Shown: positions 1 to 9,074 of the stretch, piece after piece
How the letters are laid out: the number at the start of each line of letters is the position of its first letter
How positions within the stretch are numbered: position 1 is the first letter of the stretch
Source of the DNA: a virus
Taxonomy: Duplodnaviria; Caudoviricetes
IMG/VR virus record: IMGVR_UViG_2838948833_000001
Coordinates: 10,725 to 74,724 of that record
DNA length: 64,000 bases
Direction: 5' to 3' (one strand)
Translations under genes and position numbers: made by a program
Notes under the pieces: generated by a model
What the model was told of the DNA's origin: nothing
The model's database searches: none
The model's input: the letters and a program-made list of their open reading frames with translations, nothing else

Positions 1-51
1 AAATAGGAAAATCTCACCGAATATCTCGACAAGCCCTAAAAGACTATACCC

Positions 52-294
52 ATGGAGAATGACGAATTTTTATATACCCCTCACTCCTACCCTGCTGAGG
101 ATAGTTTGAAGTTCAGAGGGTTTAAGGAATTATCCTCTTTGATTACTGACCAAGACAAAGACCTTTTTATCATCATCAACAAAACAAGAAAGCAATTTTT
201 TATTGTTGGTGATAGTGTTTTAAAACACTCACAAAGGCTTACAACAATCAATTTAATCACTTTAAAAGACCTACAAAAATGGCAAACGAAATAA
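52..294 (+). CDS. Hypothetical phage protein
   Basis: 80-aa ORF overlapping the next gene in a tightly packed operon. Confidence 0.6.
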   Translation: MENDEFLYTPHSYPAEDSLKFRGFKELSSLITDQDKDLFIIINKTRKQFFIVGDSVLKHSQRLTTINLITLKDLQKWQTK

Positions 295-1238
295 GCACAC
301 TCCCTCATTATCAATTAGCAGCAGCAGAAACCATAAACGAACAAGTACTTGCCGTTTTATCTGATAAGAGTCAGAACTTCAAAAACGCTTTTGCAATGGC
401 CAATGCGATTTCAATAATCCGAAATACATTAACTCCAGAGGTAATGCAACCTATTATGAGCTTAGCTGGTTCTAAGCTTGGTTTTAGAACAGATAAAGAT
501 AAACCCTCAAAAGGGCAAACTCCTCAACCCTATTCACTAGATATTGTAAAGGATTGTTTAATTGATGCTGTATTGTTAGGGTTAAATCCTACAGGTAATC
601 AATTCAATATCATTGCGAGCAATATGTATGTAACCAAGGAAGGTTTTACTTTCTTACTTAAAAAGATTAAAGGGCTTCGTTACAGTATTATTTATCCATC
701 AACAAACTTTGCTCAAAACAGAGAAACTGCGCAAGTTAATTGCGAAGTAACATACCAAATCGGAGAAGAAAAACCAATCAAACAATTACTTGAATTTACA
801 GTAAAATCTGGACCTTATGCAACAACCGATTCTTGTAATGGCAAAGCAGAGCGAAAAGCTAAATGTTGGTTGTATAATCATATTGAAGGAACTGATATCA
901 CAGATGGTGACGCAGAAGATATTCAGTACACAGAAGTAAGTTCAACAAGGCTTTCTAAAGAAGAGCAGATAAAAGAAAAAGAACTAAGCCGATTGAAAGA
1001 TCATTTAGAAAGAGCTGATAAATTAAGTGCTATTTTACAAGTCAAACAATCGATTGCGGATTCGGATAATTTTGAGTTACAAGAACTTTATAACTCAAAA
1101 GAAAATGAGCTTATCCCCTTAGCAATCCAAGGTATTGAAAACTTGAAAGACCTTGAAAAACTTTCTCCACACATTGAGCAAATAGAACACATTGTTTTGC
1201 TAGATGATAAAAAGAGGGAATTAGGTGCCCAAGCCTAA
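279..1238 (+). CDS. RecT/Redbeta-like single-strand annealing protein (putative)
   Basis: AVLLGLNP..NQFNII...MYVTKEGF core resembles RecT-family proteins; exonuclease gene nearby. Confidence 0.6.
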   Translation: MANEISTLPHYQLAAAETINEQVLAVLSDKSQNFKNAFAMANAISIIRNTLTPEVMQPIMSLAGSKLGFRTDKDKPSKGQTPQPYSLDIVKDCLIDAVLLGLNPTGNQFNIIASNMYVTKEGFTFLLKKIKGLRYSIIYPSTNFAQNRETAQVNCEVTYQIGEEKPIKQLLEFTVKSGPYATTDSCNGKAERKAKCWLYNHIEGTDITDGDAEDIQYTEVSSTRLSKEEQIKEKELSRLKDHLERADKLSAILQVKQSIADSDNFELQELYNSKENELIPLAIQGIENLKDLEKLSPHIEQIEHIVLLDDKKRELGAQA

Positions 1239-1644
1239 AACTTGTGAATGTGGTAAGGAATTTATACAGTATAATTCACTTCAAAAATACTGCTCCTATC
1301 CTTGCCAAATGAAATACGCTAAACCTAAGCGAATCAATCAGGTTTCCAAAAAAAGACAAGAGGATAATGAAATCTACAAAGTTATCCGACAAGAGTTCCT
1401 CTCTAAAGAATACAATCAGAAATGTTTTATCGAACAATGCAATAAGCAAGCAACCACTATCGAACATACACGTGGACGCGTTGGTTATGCAGACGATTGG
1501 GCAAGAGAAAACGGAATAACACTTTTTCTAGATGTCAGATTTTGGAAACCTTGTTGTTTAGAACACAATCTCGAATTAGAGAGAAATCCAGAATTATCAA
1601 AACAATATCAACTCTCCAGAATACATGGAGGCAAAAAAGAATAA
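1225..1644 (+). CDS. Zn-finger/HNH-like (NinG-like) protein
   Basis: CECG...CSYPC, then C..C...EH...CC..HN; GTG start overlapping the upstream gene. Confidence 0.6.
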   Translation: MPKPKTCECGKEFIQYNSLQKYCSYPCQMKYAKPKRINQVSKKRQEDNEIYKVIRQEFLSKEYNQKCFIEQCNKQATTIEHTRGRVGYADDWARENGITLFLDVRFWKPCCLEHNLELERNPELSKQYQLSRIHGGKKE

Positions 1645-1648
1645 TAAT

Positions 1649-2140
1649 ATGATACTAAAAATAGAAGTCGATTTAACTGACATATATACAGAATATGAAA
1701 GCGAAGCATCAATTACGGATTTAATAAAAGATGAAATAGCGCATAGAATCAAAAAAGATGCTTACGAGATGTTTTCTAAAGATGCAAAAGAGTCTTTTAC
1801 CAACCAAGTGGTTAGGAGAATTGAATTAGATAAAGAACTTAAAATACAAGAGCTATTAAAAGAGTTGTTTTCTAACAAAAAGATTTTCAAAACAAATTAT
1901 AACGGAGAAATCACAGAAATGACTTTAGAAGAAAAAATATCATATGAACTTGAGAGAAATTACAATAACGAATCAAAGTTCAATGATTACTTCAGAAAGC
2001 ATTTTGAGAATTGTACCGCACAAATTTCTAAGGAGTTAAAGGATAGATACGATTTGCTTTTTGCAAGTCAAATTGTTGCGAAACTAAACGAACAAGGCAT
2101 GCTAAAAGAAGATGTTGCTAAAATTCTACTTAACAAGTAA
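1649..2140 (+). CDS. Hypothetical phage protein
   Basis: ORF 1625..2140; ATG at 1649, just after the upstream stop, is the more likely start. Confidence 0.7.
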   Translation: MILKIEVDLTDIYTEYESEASITDLIKDEIAHRIKKDAYEMFSKDAKESFTNQVVRRIELDKELKIQELLKELFSNKKIFKTNYNGEITEMTLEEKISYELERNYNNESKFNDYFRKHFENCTAQISKELKDRYDLLFASQIVAKLNEQGMLKEDVAKILLNK

Positions 2141-2146
2141 TAACCT

Positions 2147-3127
2147 ATGCAAACAGAAAACCTAATATTCACCAATTGGAAAGAAAGATGTTCTTCACTT
2201 GGAAAGTTATTGACAAACCTTCCCGAACCCTTAAGAGAAGCAACAGAAGAAGACAGTGTAAGAATACAAACACTACTTGATATTAAAAGAACAGGAAAAA
2301 ATCCTGAGACAAATCGCCCTAATAAATGGGATGATACTAAAGAAAAGGAATTAGAACAACTCCAAAACATTGTCAAAAGAATAGAGCCTAAAGATAAACT
2401 TCCGACAGGCGCAATTACCCACTTAGAAGAAGTGTTTCGCCATTTATTTTGGAAACGCAGAAGATTTCTTGAAAACAAATATCTAAGTAAGGGAACTATT
2501 TGCGAAGAGGATGCTCTCGATTTAAAATCTCAACGCGATGAGTTTTTCTACCGAAAGAACGATGAACATCTAAGTAATGATTTTATCCAAGGAACCCCAG
2601 ATAATCTTCAAAAGAAGACTAAAGACACTAAGACCAATTGGGACTTAGAATCATTTGACAACGCAGAACTAACAACACTGTACGAATGGCAATTGAAAGG
2701 TTATATGTGGATTGTTCATAGCTATGACTTACCTGAATTAGAAACCAAAACAGAATCTGAACTTGTGTATTGTTTAGTTAACGCTCCTCTTCATCTAATT
2801 GAAGATGAAAAGAGAAGAATGTGGTTTCAAATGGGACAACCTGACGACACAGACGAAGAATTTCGTTACAAAGTTGCTCAACTAGAGCGAAACATGATTT
2901 TCGACGTATCGAAGTTTAAAAAAGAATATCCTGGTTACGACTTCTACAACCCGATTAAAGACTTTTCAATACCTCCACATATGCGTCTTAAATCATTCAA
3001 TGTAACTCTTACAGAAGAAGATATCAAACACATGACTAGACGAGTTACAATGGCTCGTGAATGGCTTGTAAATAAAGAACGTGAAACCCTAAAACAAATA
3101 GCAGATGGCTGGCGAAGAAATAACTAA
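2147..3127 (+). CDS. YqaJ/lambda-exonuclease-like PD-(D/E)XK nuclease
   Basis: RCSSLGKL, KG..CEEDA, GTPD, DTK, YEWQLKGYM motifs. Confidence 0.8.
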   Translation: MQTENLIFTNWKERCSSLGKLLTNLPEPLREATEEDSVRIQTLLDIKRTGKNPETNRPNKWDDTKEKELEQLQNIVKRIEPKDKLPTGAITHLEEVFRHLFWKRRRFLENKYLSKGTICEEDALDLKSQRDEFFYRKNDEHLSNDFIQGTPDNLQKKTKDTKTNWDLESFDNAELTTLYEWQLKGYMWIVHSYDLPELETKTESELVYCLVNAPLHLIEDEKRRMWFQMGQPDDTDEEFRYKVAQLERNMIFDVSKFKKEYPGYDFYNPIKDFSIPPHMRLKSFNVTLTEEDIKHMTRRVTMAREWLVNKERETLKQIADGWRRNN

Positions 3128-3512
3128 AGCACTATCCGTAAAGCAACCTTGGGCAGAGTTAATCTGCCTAGGGATTAAAGATGTCGAGAATAGAACTTGG
3201 CGAACTAGATTCAAAGGCCGAGTTTACATACATGCGTCAATGCATCCAGATAAGAGCGCTCGACTTTCAAAAGAAAGAGAAGAAGTCACAGATAATATTG
3301 ACGAGTTTCAATTTAAAAATTCAGCAATTATCGGCGAAGTTACTATTGCAGATTGTGTTCAAAACCACAAATCAATTTGGGCAGATAAAGGAGAAGGCAT
3401 TTGGCATTGGGTTTTAAAAGACGCTGTTTTTTATGATAAGCCTATAGAGAATGTAAAAGGCAAATTGGGTATTTGGGATATAAATATCAAAGACTACTTG
3501 CAAAGTGCCTAA
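3105..3512 (+). CDS. ASCH domain protein
   Basis: ALSVKQPWAELI..GIKDVENRTW...GRVYIHAS...KGKLGIW signature. Confidence 0.9.
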   Translation: MAGEEITKALSVKQPWAELICLGIKDVENRTWRTRFKGRVYIHASMHPDKSARLSKEREEVTDNIDEFQFKNSAIIGEVTIADCVQNHKSIWADKGEGIWHWVLKDAVFYDKPIENVKGKLGIWDINIKDYLQSA

Positions 3513-3789
3513 TAATTCAGATTACAATCCTAATGATTGGATATCTCCTAAAATACCAAGAGCATGTTATTATGCTACTCATAAGATTTCTAATCAAAAA
3601 GTGTTGATTCCCATGTGTTGGGGAACAGTTCATTCAAATGATATAGAAGACTGTTGTTGTGACTTAAAAAAAGAACCAACTATACGAGATTTAAAGCAAG
3701 AGAACCAAACTCTTAAGGATAGAGTAAATGAATTAGAAGAGGAATTAACCTATTACCAAAATAACTATGGCAATATTCAAGAATTATAG
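3505..3789 (+). CDS. Hypothetical protein (Cys cluster plus coiled coil)
   Basis: 94-aa ORF coupled to its neighbours. Confidence 0.65.
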   Translation: MPNNSDYNPNDWISPKIPRACYYATHKISNQKVLIPMCWGTVHSNDIEDCCCDLKKEPTIRDLKQENQTLKDRVNELEEELTYYQNNYGNIQEL

Positions 3790-3913
3790 AAACGGACATG
3801 GAACAGTTCAAAGAGTTGAGGTATTACGTGTAAGTAGAGAATACACCTTTTGCAAGAATGAAAAAGGTAAAGTTTTCCAAGCGAAAACATCCGGATTAAA
3901 AAGTATTAAGTAA
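3767..3913 (+). CDS. Small hypothetical protein (48 aa, MAIFKNYRNG...)
   Basis: Read from sequence; fills the gap in the operon; below the ORF-track cutoff. Confidence 0.55.
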   Translation: MAIFKNYRNGHGTVQRVEVLRVSREYTFCKNEKGKVFQAKTSGLKSIK

Positions 3914-3925
3914 TAATTAAAAAGT

Positions 3926-4180
3926 ATGAAAGATAAATATAACCCAAACATAGGTAATGGACCTGCAGGATCATTCCAACGCGACTTTTTAGAAGCTAAT
4001 CTAAAAGGCACTAAAGTAAAAGGCAAAACAGTTGAAAAAGTTAGTAACAAATATGTTTACACTGAGTGTGGAGATAAAATACCAACTAAAGGTTTAAGAG
4101 TAAGATTCAAGGTGAAGCCTGAAACTAAAAGTATGATTAGACCTTGTACACAAGGTGATACAGAAGCAGACCGTTTTTAA
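3926..4180 (+). CDS. Hypothetical protein
   Basis: 84-aa basic ORF in the operon. Confidence 0.6.
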   Translation: MKDKYNPNIGNGPAGSFQRDFLEANLKGTKVKGKTVEKVSNKYVYTECGDKIPTKGLRVRFKVKPETKSMIRPCTQGDTEADRF

Positions 4181-4190
4181 TTAAGTAGTT

Positions 4191-4397
4191 ATGAGAGGTA
4201 TAGTTGAACGAAAGATTTTCCAAGCTTCATGTGAGAAATGTAGGGCTTTATTTGAAGACGATGGACACAACTGTTATGATTCACTTGATGAAATAAAACA
4301 TGAACTAGAGCAAAATGGCTGGGTTATAGATCCAAAAATTGAATGCCCTGATTGTTTTAATAAATATTATCAAAAAAATAAAACTTCCCACTTGTAG
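4191..4397 (+). CDS. Small Zn-ribbon protein
   Basis: CEKC...GW.....CPDC. Confidence 0.7.
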   Translation: MRGIVERKIFQASCEKCRALFEDDGHNCYDSLDEIKHELEQNGWVIDPKIECPDCFNKYYQKNKTSHL

Positions 4398-4413
4398 TAA
4401 GTGGTCAAAGAGA

Positions 4414-4743
4414 ATGAAAAAAGTAAAAAGTAAATCTTATACACTCAGAAAGAGTGATGGTATTTGGTTAGGTCAAATAGTATTGACATCAGATGGAATG
4501 TTCGCATCTGTTACAGATTATGGGAATCTTTCCTTTGCTTGGCGACATACAGGTGTTGATGATTTTAGAGGTTTCTTGTGTGGATTGGATGTTGAATACT
4601 TTGGAAGAAAGATGTACTAAGGTAATACATACATCCTGTATTCTAAAGCTTGTGAAAAAGCTTGTCATCGTTTCGCAAAAGAAATACTTCCAACACTTCA
4701 AGAGGTTTTAAAACAAGATTTGATTGATAATCCTAAGTGGTAA
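4414..4743 (+). pseudogene. Hypothetical gene interrupted by an in-frame TAA (4618-4620)
   Basis: The frame stays open for 40 codons after the TAA (GNTYILYSKAC...NPKW) and ends at TAA 4743, just before the next ATG at 4749. Confidence 0.7.
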
Positions 4744-4748
4744 TTGAG

Positions 4749-4991
4749 ATGGAAAATATTTTCGATGAAATTAAACAAGAAAGAGAAAGACAAGATGAAA
4801 AATGGGGAGTGCAAAATCACCATCCTTTTGTTTGGCTTGGAATTTTAGGAGAAGAAGTAGGCGAAGTCAATAAAGCTGTACTAGATCATAATTTTGATGG
4901 TAAAACCTTAGAAAATTATAGAGAAGAATTAATACAAGTTGCTGCAGTAGCCGTGTCAATGATTCAATGTTTAGATAGAAATAACAACTAA
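4749..4991 (+). CDS. MazG-like nucleotide pyrophosphohydrolase
   Basis: ERERQDEKWG...LGEEVGEV..A...EELIQVAAVA. Confidence 0.85.
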   Translation: MENIFDEIKQERERQDEKWGVQNHHPFVWLGILGEEVGEVNKAVLDHNFDGKTLENYREELIQVAAVAVSMIQCLDRNNN

Positions 4992-5023
4992 AACTTCCCG
5001 ATTTTAGGAATCGGCAAAATAAA

Positions 5024-5428
5024 ATGAAAATAGTAATTAAAGTAAAAAAAGAAGTCGAAGCTAAATATTTATTAGTATCTGCGGGTGTTAGATACTATGA
5101 AGATGCTACTGTAAATGGAATCGAAGACGTAGAAGGAAGTTTAATTCCTTGTAAAGTCAATGATCGTTGGTGCCCAAAAATAAATATTGATACTGGAGTT
5201 ATTGAAAATTGGGAAAAAGGAAAAGTAGCCAATATTCATTATAAAGTTTGTGATGATGGAAACTACAAATTGCTTGATGTGAATGAAAACATCATTATTG
5301 ATAAAGATTCTTATGTTCCTAGCTGTTTATCTCCTAAAGAAAATGGATATGGCGATTACATTATTATGGATGTATCAGAAGAAGGTGTTATTTCAAATTG
5401 GAAGTTTGATTTTAAAGAATTTAAATAG
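5024..5428 (+). CDS. Conserved hypothetical phage protein
   Basis: GVRYYEDA.VNG..D, W.P.I...G.I.NW, HYKVCD.G.Y, GYGDYI motifs recur in phage proteins. Confidence 0.75.
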   Translation: MKIVIKVKKEVEAKYLLVSAGVRYYEDATVNGIEDVEGSLIPCKVNDRWCPKINIDTGVIENWEKGKVANIHYKVCDDGNYKLLDVNENIIIDKDSYVPSCLSPKENGYGDYIIMDVSEEGVISNWKFDFKEFK

Positions 5429-5437
5429 CAGTTAACC

Positions 5438-5872
5438 ATGTACACACAAGGCAGAATAAAACTAATTGGACAAGTCCAAGACATTAGCTCAAGTTTCAGA
5501 AAAAGAGAGTTTGTCGTTACAACGGATGAACAATATCCGCAAGACATCCTAATTGAAGTAACTCAAGATCGAGTGAGTTTACTAGACGGATTCCAAGTTG
5601 GAGCTTACGTAAAGGTTGATATCAATTTGCGTGGAAGAGAGTGGACTTCACCACAAGGCGAAGTAAGATATTTCAATACGATTCAAGCTTGGAAAATTAC
5701 TGCAGCTGTAAACCAACCACAAATGCAAGACGGCACTTACCACGGCCAAGGTTCGGCAGCAGATGCTCATCAACAATGGAAACAAAATCAACAAAGTCAA
5801 CCTGCTCCAGGTAATCAATTCCCTTCTACACCACAGTACAACGAAGATGACCACGATGATCTCCCTTTCTGA
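5438..5872 (+). CDS. DUF3127 OB-fold ssDNA-binding protein
   Basis: FRKREFVV.T.EQYPQ, NLRGREW, YFNTIQAWKI and an acidic DDLPF tail. Confidence 0.9.
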   Translation: MYTQGRIKLIGQVQDISSSFRKREFVVTTDEQYPQDILIEVTQDRVSLLDGFQVGAYVKVDINLRGREWTSPQGEVRYFNTIQAWKITAAVNQPQMQDGTYHGQGSAADAHQQWKQNQQSQPAPGNQFPSTPQYNEDDHDDLPF

Positions 5873-5900
5873 TTTAGATTAATTTTTAACCTTATTAAAA

Positions 5901-6110
5901 ATGACTAAGCAAACCAAAAAGAAGCGGGTTCTTGAAAAAGAGCCCCTTTCTATCTGGGAAGAACAAGTTGAGTTGAAAGATAAAGCAAAGACACTTTCTC
6001 AGAAGAATGAAGAACGCGAACATAAAAAGTTCAATGAAGGTTACACTTGGGTGCAAGTGGATGGAAGGACACGTAAACTTTTAAAAATAGATAACAGTGG
6101 CAGAGAATAA
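5901..6110 (+). CDS. Hypothetical protein
   Basis: 69-aa ORF preceded by an AACCTTATTAAAA box. Confidence 0.65.
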   Translation: MTKQTKKKRVLEKEPLSIWEEQVELKDKAKTLSQKNEEREHKKFNEGYTWVQVDGRTRKLLKIDNSGRE

Positions 6111-6963
6111 AAACTCCTTTGTTCTATATAAAGATATGATTAGCACTATTGAGAAACTCAGTGATGAAACTGCAGGAAAACTATTCAAGCACATATTACG
6201 ATATGTAAATGACCAAAGCCCCACTCCTGAAAACGAAATATTAGATCTTGTTTTTGAACCGATAAAAAATCAATTAAAAAGAGATTTGAATAAGTATAAA
6301 AAAACAAAAGCTGATAGGTCACTAAATGGACGAATGGGAAATTTAAAAAGGTATAATCCTGATTTATACAGACAAGTCGCTGATAATCAAATCACAATAG
6401 ACGAAGCTGAAAAAATCGCAAGTCATCGCAAAGCCTCGCCTAGCGACAATAGCGATAATAAAACCTCGCAAACACTCGCAAACGTCGCTGTAAGTGTTAG
6501 TGATAATGTAAGTGTTAGTGATAGTGTTAATGATATTCTTTTAGAAAAAGAAACAAAAGAATATTTAGGGCAAAATGAAAAAATTGAAGAATTCGATTCA
6601 GTTGAATTAGAAGCCGAAGAATCTTTCCAAAAAAAAGTTGCGCGAAAAACAAGGTTTTCAAAACCGACAGTTGAAGAAATTCATGAATACTGTTTTGAAC
6701 GAAACAACGGAATCGATGCACAAAGATTTTTCGACCACTACGAAAGCAATGGCTGGATGGTTGGGAAAACAAAAATGAAAGATTGGAAAGCAGCAGTTCG
6801 CACTTGGGAGAGAAATAGTAACAACAAAAATCAGAATCAGAATGGACAACAGCAAGAAAGGTTTGTCGGTCGCCAATCAATCGACACAATCCAACACAAC
6901 GCCAATGTTGGTTACGAAGCAGCTGAGCGAATTAGAAAGCAGATGCTTGGCGACGCCAATTAG
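6097..6963 (+). CDS. Phage replication initiator (DUF6291-like N-terminus)
   Basis: KNSFVLY.D...LSDE.AGKLFK.I..Y; C-terminal F.KPTVEEI..Y...F.DHYESNGW.VG...MKDWKAAVRTWE; internal repeats. Confidence 0.85.
   Translation: MAENKNSFVLYKDMISTIEKLSDETAGKLFKHILRYVNDQSPTPENEILDLVFEPIKNQLKRDLNKYKKTKADRSLNGRMGNLKRYNPDLYRQVADNQITIDEAEKIASHRKASPSDNSDNKTSQTLANVAVSVSDNVSVSDSVNDILLEKETKEYLGQNEKIEEFDSVELEAEESFQKKVARKTRFSKPTVEEIHEYCFERNNGIDAQRFFDHYESNGWMVGKTKMKDWKAAVRTWERNSNNKNQNQNGQQQERFVGRQSIDTIQHNANVGYEAAERIRKQMLGDAN
6415..6535. repeat. Iteron-like repeats inside the initiator gene (putative origin)
   Basis: Clustered TCGC(A)/GCGA units (ATCGCAA x2, CTCGCAAAC x2) and tandem GTAAGTGTTAGTGATA x2, followed by AT-rich DNA. 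Confidence 0.6.
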
Positions 6964-7744
6964 TTTTGTGAAAAAAACTTACCTAAGCAAAACGATTCGG
7001 GAACGCTTGGATGATGAAGTTTTATCAATGTTGCTTACTGAGGTTTTTACTCAATCCATTGCTTTGAGTGGGATGAAAGAAAAGACAGATCCACTGACCA
7101 TGCATGAAATCATGAGAATGTGTATGATGGTTTATGCTCACCTAACACCAGAAGAAATTTACAAAGCTTTTGAACTAGAGCGAATGCGGATGTATGAAAG
7201 CAAAACCGAACACTATCAGCTTTTTGATACGGGATACGCTGCAGAAATTCTTCAAAAATACGAAGCTTGGAAATTAGAACTCAAGCAAAAGCACAACATC
7301 ACCCGCGAAACTGCAGTTCCTGTTCAAAATCAACTTCCTGCTGTTTCAGAAAGTCAGAAAACGGAGATTATGAACCAAGCAATCGAAAGACTGTTTGAAG
7401 AATATAAATCAAACAAGGCTTTTTTACCGCCTTTTAGCCACGTATTTCAAGAATTAGTCGAAAGAGGAGTTATCCCTTACCCGAATGAAAAATCATCGCC
7501 TAAACTCAAAGAATGGTATTCTGAAAAAAGACGATCAGCTCAGGAATTGGTCGAAAAAGAAATTCAAAACGAAATTTTAAATCCTGACCGTACTCAAAGT
7601 AAAACTGTTTTACAGCAAATCCTTTCTCAAGTACAACAAAGCGAACACGAGAAAATAGAGTTAAAACTCCAGCAAATCGTACTAGAGGGAGTATTCCAAA
7701 AGCGAATCAACGAAAATAAATCAATCGAGGATTGGCTTAAATAA
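6842..7744 (+). CDS. Replication-associated protein (possible helicase loader)
   Basis: Overlaps the initiator 3' end, as in lambdoid O/P pairs; helical protein with LT.EEI..AF motif. Confidence 0.55.
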   Translation: MDNSKKGLSVANQSTQSNTTPMLVTKQLSELESRCLATPISFVKKTYLSKTIRERLDDEVLSMLLTEVFTQSIALSGMKEKTDPLTMHEIMRMCMMVYAHLTPEEIYKAFELERMRMYESKTEHYQLFDTGYAAEILQKYEAWKLELKQKHNITRETAVPVQNQLPAVSESQKTEIMNQAIERLFEEYKSNKAFLPPFSHVFQELVERGVIPYPNEKSSPKLKEWYSEKRRSAQELVEKEIQNEILNPDRTQSKTVLQQILSQVQQSEHEKIELKLQQIVLEGVFQKRINENKSIEDWLK

Positions 7745-7810
7745 AAAAACAAGAAAACTTATTGTTTAACACTATCCGAAACAAATCGGACAGATAATCT
7801 ATTGTTTGAA

Positions 7811-8428
7811 ATGAACACACAAAACGAGCCTAAATACTTCATCATTACAAAAGGTGAAGGCAGTAATAAAACATACTACAATGGAAAATATGATTACTTC
7901 AGTGATTTAGCAAATGCGACATACGCTACCACTAACAAAGAAGCACAAGCGATTATTACTGTTAGACAACTAATCGGGGCTAAAGTTGAGACGATTACAG
8001 AAAGTGAATTAGTTTATTCTAAAGCTAATGCAATGACTAAAATCACAATTATGTCTGCCTCGCTTAGTGTATTATTTGAGCATACACTCCCAAATCTTCC
8101 TATCAAAAGCCAAACTATGAAAGGTGCCTATAAACACCTAAAGCATGCATCAGAAGCAGTAAAAGGATTACTACCCGATTACAATCATTTTATCAAGCAA
8201 AAGGAAGAAGATGTCGATGATGTCCAAGGTTGTTTCGATGAACTTATACATGAAATCGCATCAATAAACTTTGTTGACTTGACCAATTTAACTGGCTTAA
8301 TTCAAGCCTATAAAGAGGATGAAAAGTCAATGATAGGCATTGCGAGAAAAGTTTTGAAAGAAGCTGAACGTAAGAAGAAAGAAAAGGTTGCACAGAAGAA
8401 CCAATTATCAATTTTAGATCAGATTTAG
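7811..8428 (+). CDS. Hypothetical protein
   Basis: Long ORF in the operon (ATG at 7811). Confidence 0.7.
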   Translation: MNTQNEPKYFIITKGEGSNKTYYNGKYDYFSDLANATYATTNKEAQAIITVRQLIGAKVETITESELVYSKANAMTKITIMSASLSVLFEHTLPNLPIKSQTMKGAYKHLKHASEAVKGLLPDYNHFIKQKEEDVDDVQGCFDELIHEIASINFVDLTNLTGLIQAYKEDEKSMIGIARKVLKEAERKKKEKVAQKNQLSILDQI

Positions 8429-8430
8429 TT

Positions 8431-9072
8431 ATGAATTATGGAACCTTACCTAAAGAAATCGGGACCATTCAGAATGGAATCGATGAGATGATGTTTTACC
8501 AGTACTTACCAATCAAAGGGAATGATACTTTTTGGATTGACCTTCCAAGTCAGTTAAATAATGATTTTTTACAAGAATTAATCACAATCGTAAATAATGA
8601 CTTTATCAACCTTAGAGGTGCGCAAGAATTCAAAGAACACTACATCTATCTAACTGTAAAACACCTTTATGTTACTCATGGAAAAGGATTGAATCGCCCA
8701 GGCATTCATTCGGATGGATTTATGACAGATGATATAAATTACATATGGTCAAATGAACTTCCAACTGTTTTTTATTCAGGCGAATTTCCTAATGTTCCAA
8801 TGGATGATGAGCTATCAATCAATTACTTTGAAGAGCAAAAACAGTATTGTGAAAGAGTAGTCTACCCAACAAACAACATCCTTCGCCTTGATCAATTCAA
8901 TATTCATGAAACAAACACAATTGAGAAATTCAGCGGCTTAAGATGCTTTGTGAAAATTTCCTTTTCGAAGGACAAATATGATTTAAAAGGAAACGCTAAA
9001 AACAGTTGTATAACATCTGATTGGGAGTATAGAGAAAGAAGTCAAACAAGGAATATTCCACAAAAGATTTAG
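8431..9072 (+). CDS. 2OG-Fe(II) oxygenase-like protein
   Basis: HxD (GIHSDG), distal His (FNIHE) and Arg (LRCFVK) spaced as in DSBH dioxygenases. Confidence 0.6.
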   Translation: MNYGTLPKEIGTIQNGIDEMMFYQYLPIKGNDTFWIDLPSQLNNDFLQELITIVNNDFINLRGAQEFKEHYIYLTVKHLYVTHGKGLNRPGIHSDGFMTDDINYIWSNELPTVFYSGEFPNVPMDDELSINYFEEQKQYCERVVYPTNNILRLDQFNIHETNTIEKFSGLRCFVKISFSKDKYDLKGNAKNSCITSDWEYRERSQTRNIPQKI

Positions 9073-9074
9073 TT

